A stretch of 64,000 nucleotides of DNA from Candidatus Iainarchaeum sp. (GTDB lineage: Archaea > Iainarchaeota > Iainarchaeia > Iainarchaeales > JAZDFD01): positions 7,604 through 71,603 of the forward strand of contig JAZDFD010000016.1 in the NCBI GenBank assembly GCA_043808155.1, read 5' to 3'. The translations under genes were made by a program, and so were the position numbers. Below the pieces are notes generated by a model that saw only the letters and a list, made by a program, of their open reading frames with translations, was not told the DNA's origin and did not search any database. Position 1 is the stretch's first letter; each line of letters starts with the position of its first letter. Below are positions 9,464-18,223 of the stretch, in pieces.

Positions 9464-10648
9464 ATGAAATTGACTTCTGAAGAAAAAGAAATGCTTGAAG
9501 GACAACACGGGAATGCAGTAAAAAAGAGCATGGAAATTATAGTTGCACTTGGTGAAATCTTCGGTGCAGAAAAATTAATTCCCGTAACATCAGTTCAGAT
9601 TGCAGGAGTTTCCTACAGCAATTTAGGTGAAGCTGGTTTAGAGTTTTTAGATGAAATGGCAAAAGATGGGAAAGTAAAAGTTTTCACAACATTAAATCCT
9701 GCCGGCATGGACATGGAAAACTGGGAAGCTCTTGGAATTTCACCAGAGTTTGCGAAAAATCAGAAAAGAGTTATTGATGTTTTTGCAAAAATGGGTGTTG
9801 TTACAACCTGCACTTGTACACCTTATTTGATTGGAAATTTGCCGCATTTTGGCCAGCATATTTCATGGAGTGAAAGTTCAGCAGTGGCTTTTTCAAATTC
9901 GGTTTTGGGAGCACGTACAAACCGAGAAGGGGGACCAAGTGCATTGGCAGCTGCAATAACTGGCAGAACAGCAGAATTTGGCTATCATCTGGATGAGAAC
10001 AGAAAACCAGTGATTACAGTTGATGTTAATGCCGAAATGAAAGAAATTACTGATTTTGGTGCACTGGGTTTAGTAATTGGAAAAAAGATTGGAAACAAAG
10101 TTGCATACATCAGAGGAATTAAAGAAGTGTCAATTGAACAGCTTAAAAGTTTCTCTGCGTCAATTGCAACTTATGGCGGAACTGCTTTATATCATATTGA
10201 AGGAATTACTCCTGAAAAATATAAAGCTCCGAGCAAAAAAATTGAAGTAACTAAAAATGATATTGATGACGCAAAAAAATCAATGACTGATAAAGGCGAA
10301 GAAGTTGATTTAATTTCAATTGGTTGTCCGCACTGTACGCTTTCAGAAATTCAGAAAGTTGCAGAACTTTTAAACGGTAAAAAAGTTAAGAAAGAACTTT
10401 GGATTTGCGTTGCACGCCCAATTAAAAAAATGGCAGACCAGATGGGATACTCAAAAATTATTGAAGATTCGGGTGCGAAGTTTGCGTGTGATACCTGTAT
10501 GGTAGTTGCACCGTTGAAAAGCAGATTTAAAACACTCGCAACTGATTCTGCAAAAGGTTGCTATTATGGCAGGGGAAAAAATAATTTCAAAACAAGATTT
10601 GCAAAAATTGAAGATTTAGTTAAAATTGCAACGGGTGAACTTAGATGA
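9464..10648 (+). CDS. AcnX-type (DUF521) large subunit, probable phosphomevalonate dehydratase
   Basis: The N-terminus LTSEEKEMLEGQHGNAVKKSMEIIVALGEIFGAEKLIPVTSVQIAG is typical of DUF521/aconitase X. It is paired with a DUF126 gene. Confidence 0.8.
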   Translation: MKLTSEEKEMLEGQHGNAVKKSMEIIVALGEIFGAEKLIPVTSVQIAGVSYSNLGEAGLEFLDEMAKDGKVKVFTTLNPAGMDMENWEALGISPEFAKNQKRVIDVFAKMGVVTTCTCTPYLIGNLPHFGQHISWSESSAVAFSNSVLGARTNREGGPSALAAAITGRTAEFGYHLDENRKPVITVDVNAEMKEITDFGALGLVIGKKIGNKVAYIRGIKEVSIEQLKSFSASIATYGGTALYHIEGITPEKYKAPSKKIEVTKNDIDDAKKSMTDKGEEVDLISIGCPHCTLSEIQKVAELLNGKKVKKELWICVARPIKKMADQMGYSKIIEDSGAKFACDTCMVVAPLKSRFKTLATDSAKGCYYGRGKNNFKTRFAKIEDLVKIATGELR

Positions 10649-11037
10649 AACTCAAAGGAAGAAAAATCTCCGCAGGCAGTGCAGAAGGAATTGCATTAGT
10701 TTCCGTAAAACCAATCTCATTTTACGGCGGAGTTGATCCTGATACGGGAAAAGTTACTGAAAAAGATCATGATTTGGAAGGCAAAAGCATCACGGGAAAG
10801 ATTTTAATATTTCCGCGAGGTGCTGGTTCAACTGTTGGTTCTTATACAATGTACAGATTAAAAAAACAGGGTACTGCGCCTTTGGCAATTATTCTTGGCG
10901 AATGCGAGCCAATAGTTGCAGTTGGTGCAATAATTTCTGAAATTCCGTGTGTCGATAAAATTGATATTTCAAAAATAAAAAACGGAATGAAATTAAAAGT
11001 TGATGCAACAAACGGAATTGTTGAAGTTTTAGAATAA
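10645..11037 (+). CDS. AcnX-type (DUF126) small subunit, probable phosphomevalonate dehydratase
   Basis: GRKISAGSAEGIALV and FPRGAGSTVGSYTMYRL. ATGA overlap with the large-subunit gene. Confidence 0.8.
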   Translation: MKLKGRKISAGSAEGIALVSVKPISFYGGVDPDTGKVTEKDHDLEGKSITGKILIFPRGAGSTVGSYTMYRLKKQGTAPLAIILGECEPIVAVGAIISEIPCVDKIDISKIKNGMKLKVDATNGIVEVLE

Positions 11038-11055
11038 TTTCACACTTTTAAAAAG

Positions 11056-11706
11056 GTGTTTTTTTTGGAAAATGTAAAAGCAATTATTTTTGATTGGGAT
11101 GGCACTATTGTTGACAGCATGCCCACACATATCGAAGCATATCTGAAAGCTTTGGCAAAGTTTGGAATTAAAGCTAACGCACAGGATATTTTGGATTTGG
11201 TCGGGACACCTACTGAACTGCTTGCAGAAGAAGTTGCAAATAAATATGGTGTTAAAACTAAAGGCAAAGAAATTGCAAAAGAGAAAATTAAAAATTATAT
11301 TGAGTTTTCTAAAAGTAAAAATTTGATTTTTGATGGGGCACTGGAAATATTGCTTGCATTAAAACCACACTATAAACTTGCCTTGCTAAGTGGTTCCACG
11401 AGAAAACAACTTGATAATTATAAAGAAATTCTTGAACTTTTTGAAATTACAGTCGCAGGAAAGGAAGCATCAAAACCAAAGCCAAATCCTGATGCTTTGT
11501 GGGATATTGCAGATAAGCTTGATTTGGTGCCTAGTGAATGTGCATATATTGGTGATTTTTGGCAGGATATGATGGCTGCAGAGAAGGCTGGCATGTGGGC
11601 AATCGGTATCCGAAACAGATATGTTTCAGATAAAGAGCTAACTGATGCAGGGGCAGATATAATTATTAATAACCTAAATGAACTTCTTACTACAGGGCTT
11701 TTATGA
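11056..11706 (+). CDS. HAD-superfamily hydrolase (phosphatase-like, subfamily IA)
   Basis: Motif I IIFDWDGTIVDS and motif IV IGDFWQDMMAAEKAGM. Confidence 0.8.
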   Translation: MFFLENVKAIIFDWDGTIVDSMPTHIEAYLKALAKFGIKANAQDILDLVGTPTELLAEEVANKYGVKTKGKEIAKEKIKNYIEFSKSKNLIFDGALEILLALKPHYKLALLSGSTRKQLDNYKEILELFEITVAGKEASKPKPNPDALWDIADKLDLVPSECAYIGDFWQDMMAAEKAGMWAIGIRNRYVSDKELTDAGADIIINNLNELLTTGLL

Positions 11707-12509
11707 AACTAATTATTTTGAAATCGGGTGGCAGTGTCTGCACTGAAAAGGACAGAAATAAAGTAAAAGCAAAAATTCCAGTAATAAAACGAGTTGCGAG
11801 TGAAATTAAAGCTGCTCAAAGAAAACAAAAATTCAAACTTGTTTTAGTGCATGGTGCAGGACCTTTTGGACATCAATTTGTTCATAATTATGGAGTGAAA
11901 AACGGGGTAAAAAAAACAAACAAAAAACAAATTGAAGGTTTTGTCAGAACTCACAATTCAATGGAAGATTTGAATAAGATTTTTATGGATGTTTTTCGAA
12001 AAGAGGGTTTGCTTGGTTTCCCAATACAAACTAGTGCATGTGTTGTTCAAAAAAATAAAACAATTTCCAAATTTGACACAGCAATAATAAAAGAACTTCT
12101 GAAATTTGAAAATGTGATTCCCATCATGTACGGCGACATGGTAATCGATACTGCCAAAGGTGCGACAGTTGTTAGCGGAGATGCTTTAATTTCATTTCTT
12201 GCAAAAAAACTCAATGCAGATTTAGTTTTGCTTGGTGCTGATTTGGATGGCATATTCACTGCAGACCCCAAGAAAAACAAAAAAGCAAAGCTTATTGAAA
12301 AAATCAATTCAAAAAACTTTAAGGAAGTGCTGAGTTATGTGAAAGAAGCATCAACTATTGATGTAACCCGCGGTATGAAAGGAAAACTTCTTGAAATTAA
12401 AAAAATTGCAAATAAAAGAAAAGTAATTGTTTTCAATCTGAACAAAAAGAATTATTTGTATAATTTGCTCATTGGAAAAAAAGTCATTTCAACTGAAATA
12501 AAATTGTAG
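11703..12509 (+). CDS. ipk: Isopentenyl phosphate kinase
   Basis: Amino-acid-kinase fold motifs ILKSGGSV, LVLVHGAGPFGH and VVSGDA. ATGA overlap with the HAD gene. Confidence 0.85.
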   Translation: MKLIILKSGGSVCTEKDRNKVKAKIPVIKRVASEIKAAQRKQKFKLVLVHGAGPFGHQFVHNYGVKNGVKKTNKKQIEGFVRTHNSMEDLNKIFMDVFRKEGLLGFPIQTSACVVQKNKTISKFDTAIIKELLKFENVIPIMYGDMVIDTAKGATVVSGDALISFLAKKLNADLVLLGADLDGIFTADPKKNKKAKLIEKINSKNFKEVLSYVKEASTIDVTRGMKGKLLEIKKIANKRKVIVFNLNKKNYLYNLLIGKKVISTEIKL

Positions 12510-12516
12510 TGATATT

Positions 12517-13560
12517 ATGAGAAAAACAAAAAGTGTGAAAAAAACAAAAAGCAGGAAATTGGAACATATTAAAATTTGCTTAAATCAGAATGTTCAGTTC
12601 AGAGAAAAAACAACTGGTTTCGAAAGAATGGATTTTGCAGCAGTTGATTTGACATACAAAGCACTCCCTGAAATTAACAAAAAAGAAATTAATACTGAAA
12701 CTAAATTTTTGGGAAAAAAGTTTTCTGCTCCTTTAATGGTTACTGCAATAACTGGCGGAGTACCAGAAGCAAAAACAATTAATCTCGACATTGCAAAAGC
12801 ATGTCAGGCACTTGGTTTGGGCATGGGTCTCGGAAGTCAGAGAGCAATGCTTGAGGATAAAAAAGTTTCAAATACTTACAAAGTCAGAGATATTGCACCT
12901 GATATTTTTATTGCAGGAAATATTGGTGTTTTGCAAATTCAGGAATATTCTGTTTCAGATATTAAATGGATGTTGGATGAGGTTGAGGCTGATGCTTTAG
13001 CAATTCACATTAATGCAGCCCAAGAAGCTCTTCAGAAAGATGGCGCAACAACCTTTAAAGGGGGGTTACGCGGAATTAAAAAACTTGCAAAAAATCTGAA
13101 AAAACCAGTTTATGTTAAGGAAGTAGGTCATGGAATTTCAGCAGATGTTGCTAAGCTCCTCTCAGACACTGGAATTAAAGCAATTGATGTTGCAGGTGCA
13201 GGCGGAACTTCATGGATTGGAGTCGATTCTTTACGTGGAAATAAGGAAAGCGGAGAAGTATTTTGGGATTTCGGAATCCCTACCCTGGAGAGTCTGATTC
13301 AGGTTAAAGAGAGTTTCAAAGGCCAGATAGTCGCATCTGGGGGCATAAGAAATGGCTTGGAAATGGCAAAAGCATTGGTTTTAGGTGCGGATATGTGCGG
13401 AATTGCATTGCCTGTTTTGAAGGCTCAGAACGCAGGTGGTAGTGCAGGTGTTGAGAAATATTTGAGAATGCGGATTGAAGAATTGAAAACAGCAATGTTT
13501 CTCACTGGTGCTAAAAATATCAAAGAATTAAAGCAACAGAAAGTTGTATCTTATACATAA
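12517..13560 (+). CDS. fni: Type 2 (FMN-dependent) isopentenyl-diphosphate isomerase
   Basis: Motifs FSAPLMVTAITGG, GSQRAML, VKEVGHGIS and DVAGAGGTSW. Confidence 0.9.
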   Translation: MRKTKSVKKTKSRKLEHIKICLNQNVQFREKTTGFERMDFAAVDLTYKALPEINKKEINTETKFLGKKFSAPLMVTAITGGVPEAKTINLDIAKACQALGLGMGLGSQRAMLEDKKVSNTYKVRDIAPDIFIAGNIGVLQIQEYSVSDIKWMLDEVEADALAIHINAAQEALQKDGATTFKGGLRGIKKLAKNLKKPVYVKEVGHGISADVAKLLSDTGIKAIDVAGAGGTSWIGVDSLRGNKESGEVFWDFGIPTLESLIQVKESFKGQIVASGGIRNGLEMAKALVLGADMCGIALPVLKAQNAGGSAGVEKYLRMRIEELKTAMFLTGAKNIKELKQQKVVSYT

Positions 13561-13596
13561 CTTGATTAATAAAAAAAGAAAATAAAAGGGCAAAAA

Positions 13597-13860
13597 TTAC
13601 CCTGAGAATTCTGCTAATTCATTTTCCAAGTCAGAACCTAAATCGTCATATTCTGCTAATTCATTTTCTAATGCAGCATATGCTTCGGCTTCTGTTCCGT
13701 AATCCTGAATTTCCAGTCCGCCAGTGTCACCATCATCCACTGTTGTACCATGTTCTGAATCATTGTCATTTGTTGGCGTAATTGGTTCTGTTGGCTGTGT
13801 ACATCCAAAAGAAATCAACACAACAAGAATCAAAACTGAAATGATTATTTTTGTTTTCAT
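13597..13860 (-). CDS. Small acidic secreted protein with lipobox-like signal
   Basis: MKTKIIISVLILVVLISFGC signal followed by a D/E-rich mature part. GGAG lies 7 nt upstream of the ATG. Confidence 0.5.
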   Translation of the reverse strand: MKTKIIISVLILVVLISFGCTQPTEPITPTNDNDSEHGTTVDDGDTGGLEIQDYGTEAEAYAALENELAEYDDLGSDLENELAEFSG

Positions 13861-13864
13861 CTAA

Positions 13865-14023
13865 TCACTCCGTATCCTGCCCTTCTTGGTTTTGTTCCTG
13901 ATTCTGTTCTTGGTTTTCATTTCCTTCGGTGTTTTCTGTGTCCTCTGTTTCAGTATGCTCAACTTCTTCGATGTTTCCATTTGCATTGACTCTGACGGCT
14001 TTGAGTTCTTTTGCTGATTTTAC
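13865..14023 (-). other. In-frame, stop-free 52-codon extension downstream of the TAA of the 14024-14824 gene
   Basis: After the TAA at 14024-14026 the same frame reads VKSAKELKAVRVNANGNIEEVEHTETEDTENTEGNENQEQNQEQNQEGQDTE, ending at the TGA at 13865-13867. Confidence 0.5.
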
Positions 14024-14824
14024 TTACATTATTTGTTTCCCGTTTACTGTTCTTATTCTGCAGTGTGCTAACTGTGGATTTGCCTCACACAAACCTTTCA
14101 AATATTCCTCACATCTGCTATCCTGTGAGTTTCTCAAACAATATTCTTTTTGCAATGCTTTACATTTTGCATCTTCTGAATTGTTTTCGCAGAAATCCGA
14201 AACTCTTGCTTTGCATTCTTCTGCATTTCCGCAGTCAACAACTTTTTTGCATAATACATTGTCTGAATTTTCTCCGCAGTATTCTCCTACTTTCTGTGCA
14301 ACTTCAACTGGCTTCAATGTTCTTGCTATTCCAAGGAAATATGCATTATATTCTGCGTCACTCAAGGTTAATGAACCCGCCCAAACATTTCTTCCGGGTC
14401 TTTCGTATTTATTTAAAGTGAAATCGCCAACTTGGTTTTCACCTGTGTTGTCATAAATGTCTGCTGTTAATTTTCCATCTTCAAGCATAACATTTTTCAG
14501 TCTGTATTTATTGTCGTCAAGTGTTAGAACACCTAAACTTATTTCTTCTACGCTCCTTGAATTTCTTACTCTGACAATTCCCGCAGCTACTTGTGCACTC
14601 ATAAACTCCATTGGGTCAGCTGTGTTTATTACTAAACCATGGCCAACTAAATGTAATTTTTTTACTGGCATTTTTACAACGTTTGCTGAAATTAAAGCAG
14701 GTGTTGCAGTTGTAATTGTGTCTGCTGTTGCAACAGTTGTTTCAACTGCATCTGTTTCTTCTGCTACTGCAAAAGCTGAAAATGCAATCAAAACAACAGC
14801 TAAAAGCAAGTACATTTTCTTCAT
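14024..14824 (-). CDS. Secreted protein with Cys-rich C-terminal half
   Basis: Signal peptide MKKMYLLLAVVLIAFSAFA. Ten Cys lie in the last ~90 residues. The antisense track ORFs here are low-complexity artefacts. Confidence 0.6.
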   Translation of the reverse strand: MKKMYLLLAVVLIAFSAFAVAEETDAVETTVATADTITTATPALISANVVKMPVKKLHLVGHGLVINTADPMEFMSAQVAAGIVRVRNSRSVEEISLGVLTLDDNKYRLKNVMLEDGKLTADIYDNTGENQVGDFTLNKYERPGRNVWAGSLTLSDAEYNAYFLGIARTLKPVEVAQKVGEYCGENSDNVLCKKVVDCGNAEECKARVSDFCENNSEDAKCKALQKEYCLRNSQDSRCEEYLKGLCEANPQLAHCRIRTVNGKQIM

Positions 14825-14906
14825 ATTTCATCTCCTCCAAAAGATTTATTTGAATAATAAGGTAATATATGATTAGTTTAATTAAAAACTTTAATAGTTT
14901 GGAAAA

Positions 14907-16211
14907 CTAACATGTGTTTAGAACAATATTTACGTTTTCACAGGATTTTTTAATTACAATAAACAAATCCCCGTTTTTATTGAAAAACTCAGCCAAGCCT
15001 CTATCAGCATTTAAAATCTGCCAGTTTTTTATTTTTTTATTAGTCTTAATCTGCAAAGTTAAACCTTCAAGCTCAGTATCAGAACTAATCTCTAACTGAT
15101 ATCCTTTAGGTGTTTTTCTCAGGTTTATTTGTGCATTGTTTCTGTTATTCCACCATTCCGAAATCTCTGTTCCAGATGCAAACCATGCTTTTCCTTCTTT
15201 CTTAGCAAATTCTAAAAGGTCCCAGAACAGGTCTGAGCCTCTAAGCAGACCCCTATCAAATTTTGACTCAAATAATTTCTTGGTTTTCTTATTCTCAAAT
15301 GACAGAGGGTGCCATAAAAGTCCAATCATTCCATTTTTGGAAATAACTTCGAAAATGAGTTTTTTTGATTCCGTGAGGGCTTCTTTATAATTGAAATCAT
15401 TATTTTGAGAAAGCGGGAGTGAAACATCCATTAAAGTTACAGGCAATTCTAACAGCTCAATGCATTCATTTTTTTCATAATCAAATGTTTCAAAAGGCAT
15501 ACATGTTCCATTACTGAATCCTGCTAAATCATTAAACAAACAGGTTGAATCATAAGTCAATCCTGACTTTTTTTGAATCTGCCATGTGCTGGGATATGTG
15601 CATTTTAATCTGTGCTGTCTGGCTCCTGTGATTTTAATGCCTGCTACTTTCTCAAGATTTGTCTTTTGAAGTTTCATCTGCTCAGTATTTTCTGAAGTTT
15701 GAAAACCAGAATGCAGTGCAATTTCAAAATCCATTTCTTTTAATTCATCAATTATCTGTTTCGTAAATTTACTTTTGAGTGAGTATGAACTGTCTCGTAG
15801 TGAGCAGTTATCTAAAAAGAAAAAGCTTGGTTTTATTCCTGCAATTTCCTCAGCTTTTGCAAGCTCAATTATTGTGAACCACGGATCTGTCTGCAATTTT
15901 TCATATTTTACATTGTTTAAAAATTCAGTAAAATCAATTTTGCCTGAAACAACTGATTTTAATGCAGAAAATGAATAGCGAAAACAGAGTTCTGTTTTGT
16001 TCAAAAATTCTTTAATGTTTAAATATGCCAAATCTCCCAATGCACGCATGAAAAGTAAATGGGGGGGCATTACTAATGCATCCACATCATGGGAAACAAA
16101 AACTGAAAAATCATTAGCATTTGGCCATAACCATTTCCGCACTAATAAATTATTTGTTTTTTTTTGCAGAATTTTCATGGAGTGTGAAAATTTTTTCAGC
16201 AATAATGTCAA
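14907..16211 (-). CDS. Hypothetical protein, possibly polysaccharide-deacetylase-like; may be the 3' part of a frameshifted longer gene
   Basis: A 434-aa ORF in the glycan cluster. The VFVSHDVDAL segment is only weakly reminiscent of carbohydrate-esterase folds. It overlaps the upstream ORF by 62 nt around a T9/A9 run. Confidence 0.4.
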   Translation of the reverse strand: MTLLLKKFSHSMKILQKKTNNLLVRKWLWPNANDFSVFVSHDVDALVMPPHLLFMRALGDLAYLNIKEFLNKTELCFRYSFSALKSVVSGKIDFTEFLNNVKYEKLQTDPWFTIIELAKAEEIAGIKPSFFFLDNCSLRDSSYSLKSKFTKQIIDELKEMDFEIALHSGFQTSENTEQMKLQKTNLEKVAGIKITGARQHRLKCTYPSTWQIQKKSGLTYDSTCLFNDLAGFSNGTCMPFETFDYEKNECIELLELPVTLMDVSLPLSQNNDFNYKEALTESKKLIFEVISKNGMIGLLWHPLSFENKKTKKLFESKFDRGLLRGSDLFWDLLEFAKKEGKAWFASGTEISEWWNNRNNAQINLRKTPKGYQLEISSDTELEGLTLQIKTNKKIKNWQILNADRGLAEFFNKNGDLFIVIKKSCENVNIVLNTC

Positions 16212-16653
16212 ACTGCGGTTTGGAATGCATTTTTGTTTTAAAAAGTAAAGATTCTTTTCCGATAACTCTGCCTAATTTATCTTTTTTCCCAAGAAGTTTT
16301 GAATTTTTTTGGTATGGGAACAAAAAGTCTCCACACTGCAAAAACAGATTTTCTTCAATATATTCTATGTGTCCTTTTCCGGAATTAAATTCATTTCTTA
16401 AAAGTTCATTTAATTCATTATTATTGGATTTTCCAATTTTAATTAATGTGCCGCCTTTCCCAATGAAATTTTTTAGTACTGAAAAATTGATATCCGCATC
16501 TGTGTTTTCAGGAATTACAACTGAAGATATATTTTGAAGATTAGATTTAGAGTTTAAACTATCCGTGAATTCAAAACAAAATCCGATTTGTTTGTAGACC
16601 TGGGCAATTACGTGTTTAGCAAGCCCTTGTGTTTTGCACAATATTAAAATCAT
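16150..16653 (-). CDS. Hypothetical protein; possibly the 5' part of a gene continuing in 14907-16211
   Basis: A 167-aa ORF ending ...HENSAKKNK just after an A9 run (T9 at 16157-16165 on the plus strand). A one-base shift there would join the downstream ORF. Confidence 0.4.
   Translation of the reverse strand: MILILCKTQGLAKHVIAQVYKQIGFCFEFTDSLNSKSNLQNISSVVIPENTDADINFSVLKNFIGKGGTLIKIGKSNNNELNELLRNEFNSGKGHIEYIEENLFLQCGDFLFPYQKNSKLLGKKDKLGRVIGKESLLFKTKMHSKPQFDIIAEKIFTLHENSAKKNK
16157..16165. repeat. T9/A9 homopolymer at the junction of two overlapping ORFs
   Basis: gtttttttttg read directly. A length change of one base (+1 or -2, depending on direction) would fuse 16150-16653 to 14907-16211. 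Confidence 0.8.
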
Positions 16654-16662
16654 AAAAATAAT

Positions 16663-17121
16663 TTATTTTTTTGAGAGTGCGTCTCTCTTGCCTATGACTT
16701 TTGCAGGATTTCCGGCAACAACTGAATTTGCAGGGACATCTTTCGTAACAACTGCACCTGCACCAATAAGTGAATTTTTTCCAATTTTTACCGGGAGTAA
16801 AGTTACGTTAGAGCCTATTGAAACATTTTCTTCTATAAGTGTTTCTTTCCAGTCTCCTCCGGAAGGTGGATTTAAATCATTGATAAACATTACACCATGG
16901 CCGATGAAGACATTGTCTTTAATTTTAACTTTACTGCAAATGAAAGTATGTGACTGAATTCTGCAGTTGTCACCAATTTCAACATCTGACTGAATCTCAA
17001 CAAAAGAACCAATCATGCAGTTCTTTCCTATTTTGCAGCCGTAAATATTTACGCAGTGCCATATTTTTGTGTTTTCCCCAATTTCTGCATCTTTTATAAT
17101 CTGGTACTGACCGCTAGCCAT
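16663..17121 (-). CDS. Left-handed beta-helix (hexapeptide) sugar N-acetyltransferase, WbpD-like
   Basis: Hexapeptide repeats IGENTKIW..IGKNCMIGSFVEIQSDVEIGDNCRIQSHTFI..IKDNVFIGHGVMF and C-terminal VVAGNPAKVIG. Confidence 0.85.
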   Translation of the reverse strand: MASGQYQIIKDAEIGENTKIWHCVNIYGCKIGKNCMIGSFVEIQSDVEIGDNCRIQSHTFICSKVKIKDNVFIGHGVMFINDLNPPSGGDWKETLIEENVSIGSNVTLLPVKIGKNSLIGAGAVVTKDVPANSVVAGNPAKVIGKRDALSKK

Positions 17122-17125
17122 TCAA

Positions 17126-18223
17126 TCACCTCTTTGTTGCATCCAAAAGCGTATCGCAAACAAATTCAATTTCTTCTTTTTTAAGTTCAGGGAACATTGG
17201 CAAAGAAACAATCTCACTGCATATTTTTTCTGCAACTGGAAATTTCTGTTTTGTGTCAATTAAATATTTTAATGCATTTTGCGTGTGTAATGGTTCTGGA
17301 TAATGAATTCCTGCGCCAATTCCCTGTTCTTTAAGTTTGTTTATTATTCTGTCTCTGTTTTTAACACGCACAACATACAAATGGAAAACAGATTTGCAAT
17401 TTGCGTCACTTGCAGGAACAACTACTTCTGAATCCTGAAGAAGTTCTGTGTATATTTTTGCATTTTTAATTCTCATGTCTGTCCATTCTTCAAGATGTTT
17501 AAGTTTGACATCTAATATTGCTGCTTGTAAAGCATCAAGTCTTGAGTTATATCCTATAAAATCAGACTGGAATTTATTTGATCTTCCGTGATTTCTGAGC
17601 ATTTTAGCTTTGTCATAAATTTCAGAATCATTTGTTACTATTGCACCACCGTCTCCAAAAGCACCTATATTTTTTCCCGGGAAGAAACTGAATGCACCTG
17701 CTGTGCTTATTGGAACTCGTTTTCCTTTGTATTCTGCGCCGTGTGACTGACAGCAGTCTTCAAGAACTAAAAGATTGTGTTTTTCAGCAATTTCATTTAT
17801 TACCTGCATTTCTGCAGGTCTGCCATATATATGCACAGGAATAATTGCCTTTGTTTTGGGCGTGATTTTTTTTTCAATTTGGTTTACATCAATATTAAAC
17901 GTTTCATCAGCATCAACAAGCACTGGTTTTGCCCCAAGCTGTACAACTGGCTCCACTGTTGCGAAAAAAGTATGTGTAGGTGCAAGTACTTCGTCACCTT
18001 TTGAAAGGCCCATGCATTCTAATGCGAGTTTTAATGCATCTGTTCCGTTTCCAACACCAACTGCATATTTTGCATTACAGAATTTTGCAAAGTTTTGTTC
18101 AAATTCTTCAACTGGCTTTCCAAGAATAAAAGATGTGTTTTCTATTATCTCGCTCATTGCAGAATCAATTTCTTCTTTTATGCTTTGATACTGTCTTTTC
18201 AGATCAACTAATGGGATTTTCAT
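17126..18223 (-). CDS. DegT/DnrJ/EryC1/StrS-family PLP aminotransferase, WbpE-like
   Basis: VDLKRQYQSIKEEIDSAM, the VGVGNGTDAL motif, and length (365 aa). Confidence 0.9.
   Translation of the reverse strand: MKIPLVDLKRQYQSIKEEIDSAMSEIIENTSFILGKPVEEFEQNFAKFCNAKYAVGVGNGTDALKLALECMGLSKGDEVLAPTHTFFATVEPVVQLGAKPVLVDADETFNIDVNQIEKKITPKTKAIIPVHIYGRPAEMQVINEIAEKHNLLVLEDCCQSHGAEYKGKRVPISTAGAFSFFPGKNIGAFGDGGAIVTNDSEIYDKAKMLRNHGRSNKFQSDFIGYNSRLDALQAAILDVKLKHLEEWTDMRIKNAKIYTELLQDSEVVVPASDANCKSVFHLYVVRVKNRDRIINKLKEQGIGAGIHYPEPLHTQNALKYLIDTKQKFPVAEKICSEIVSLPMFPELKKEEIEFVCDTLLDATKR

Noticed and set aside
13929-14876. Three sizeable plus-strand track ORFs (13929-14456, 14011-14421, 14457-14876), and similar ones elsewhere (17775-18188, 18842-19195, 28042-28404, 36804-37157, 44445-44921, 53128-53505).
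   Set aside because: They lie antisense to genes with clear family motifs or signal peptides, and they encode low-complexity S/F/L/C-rich sequence. They are best explained by open antisense frames of AT-rich coding DNA, so I treat them as artefacts.
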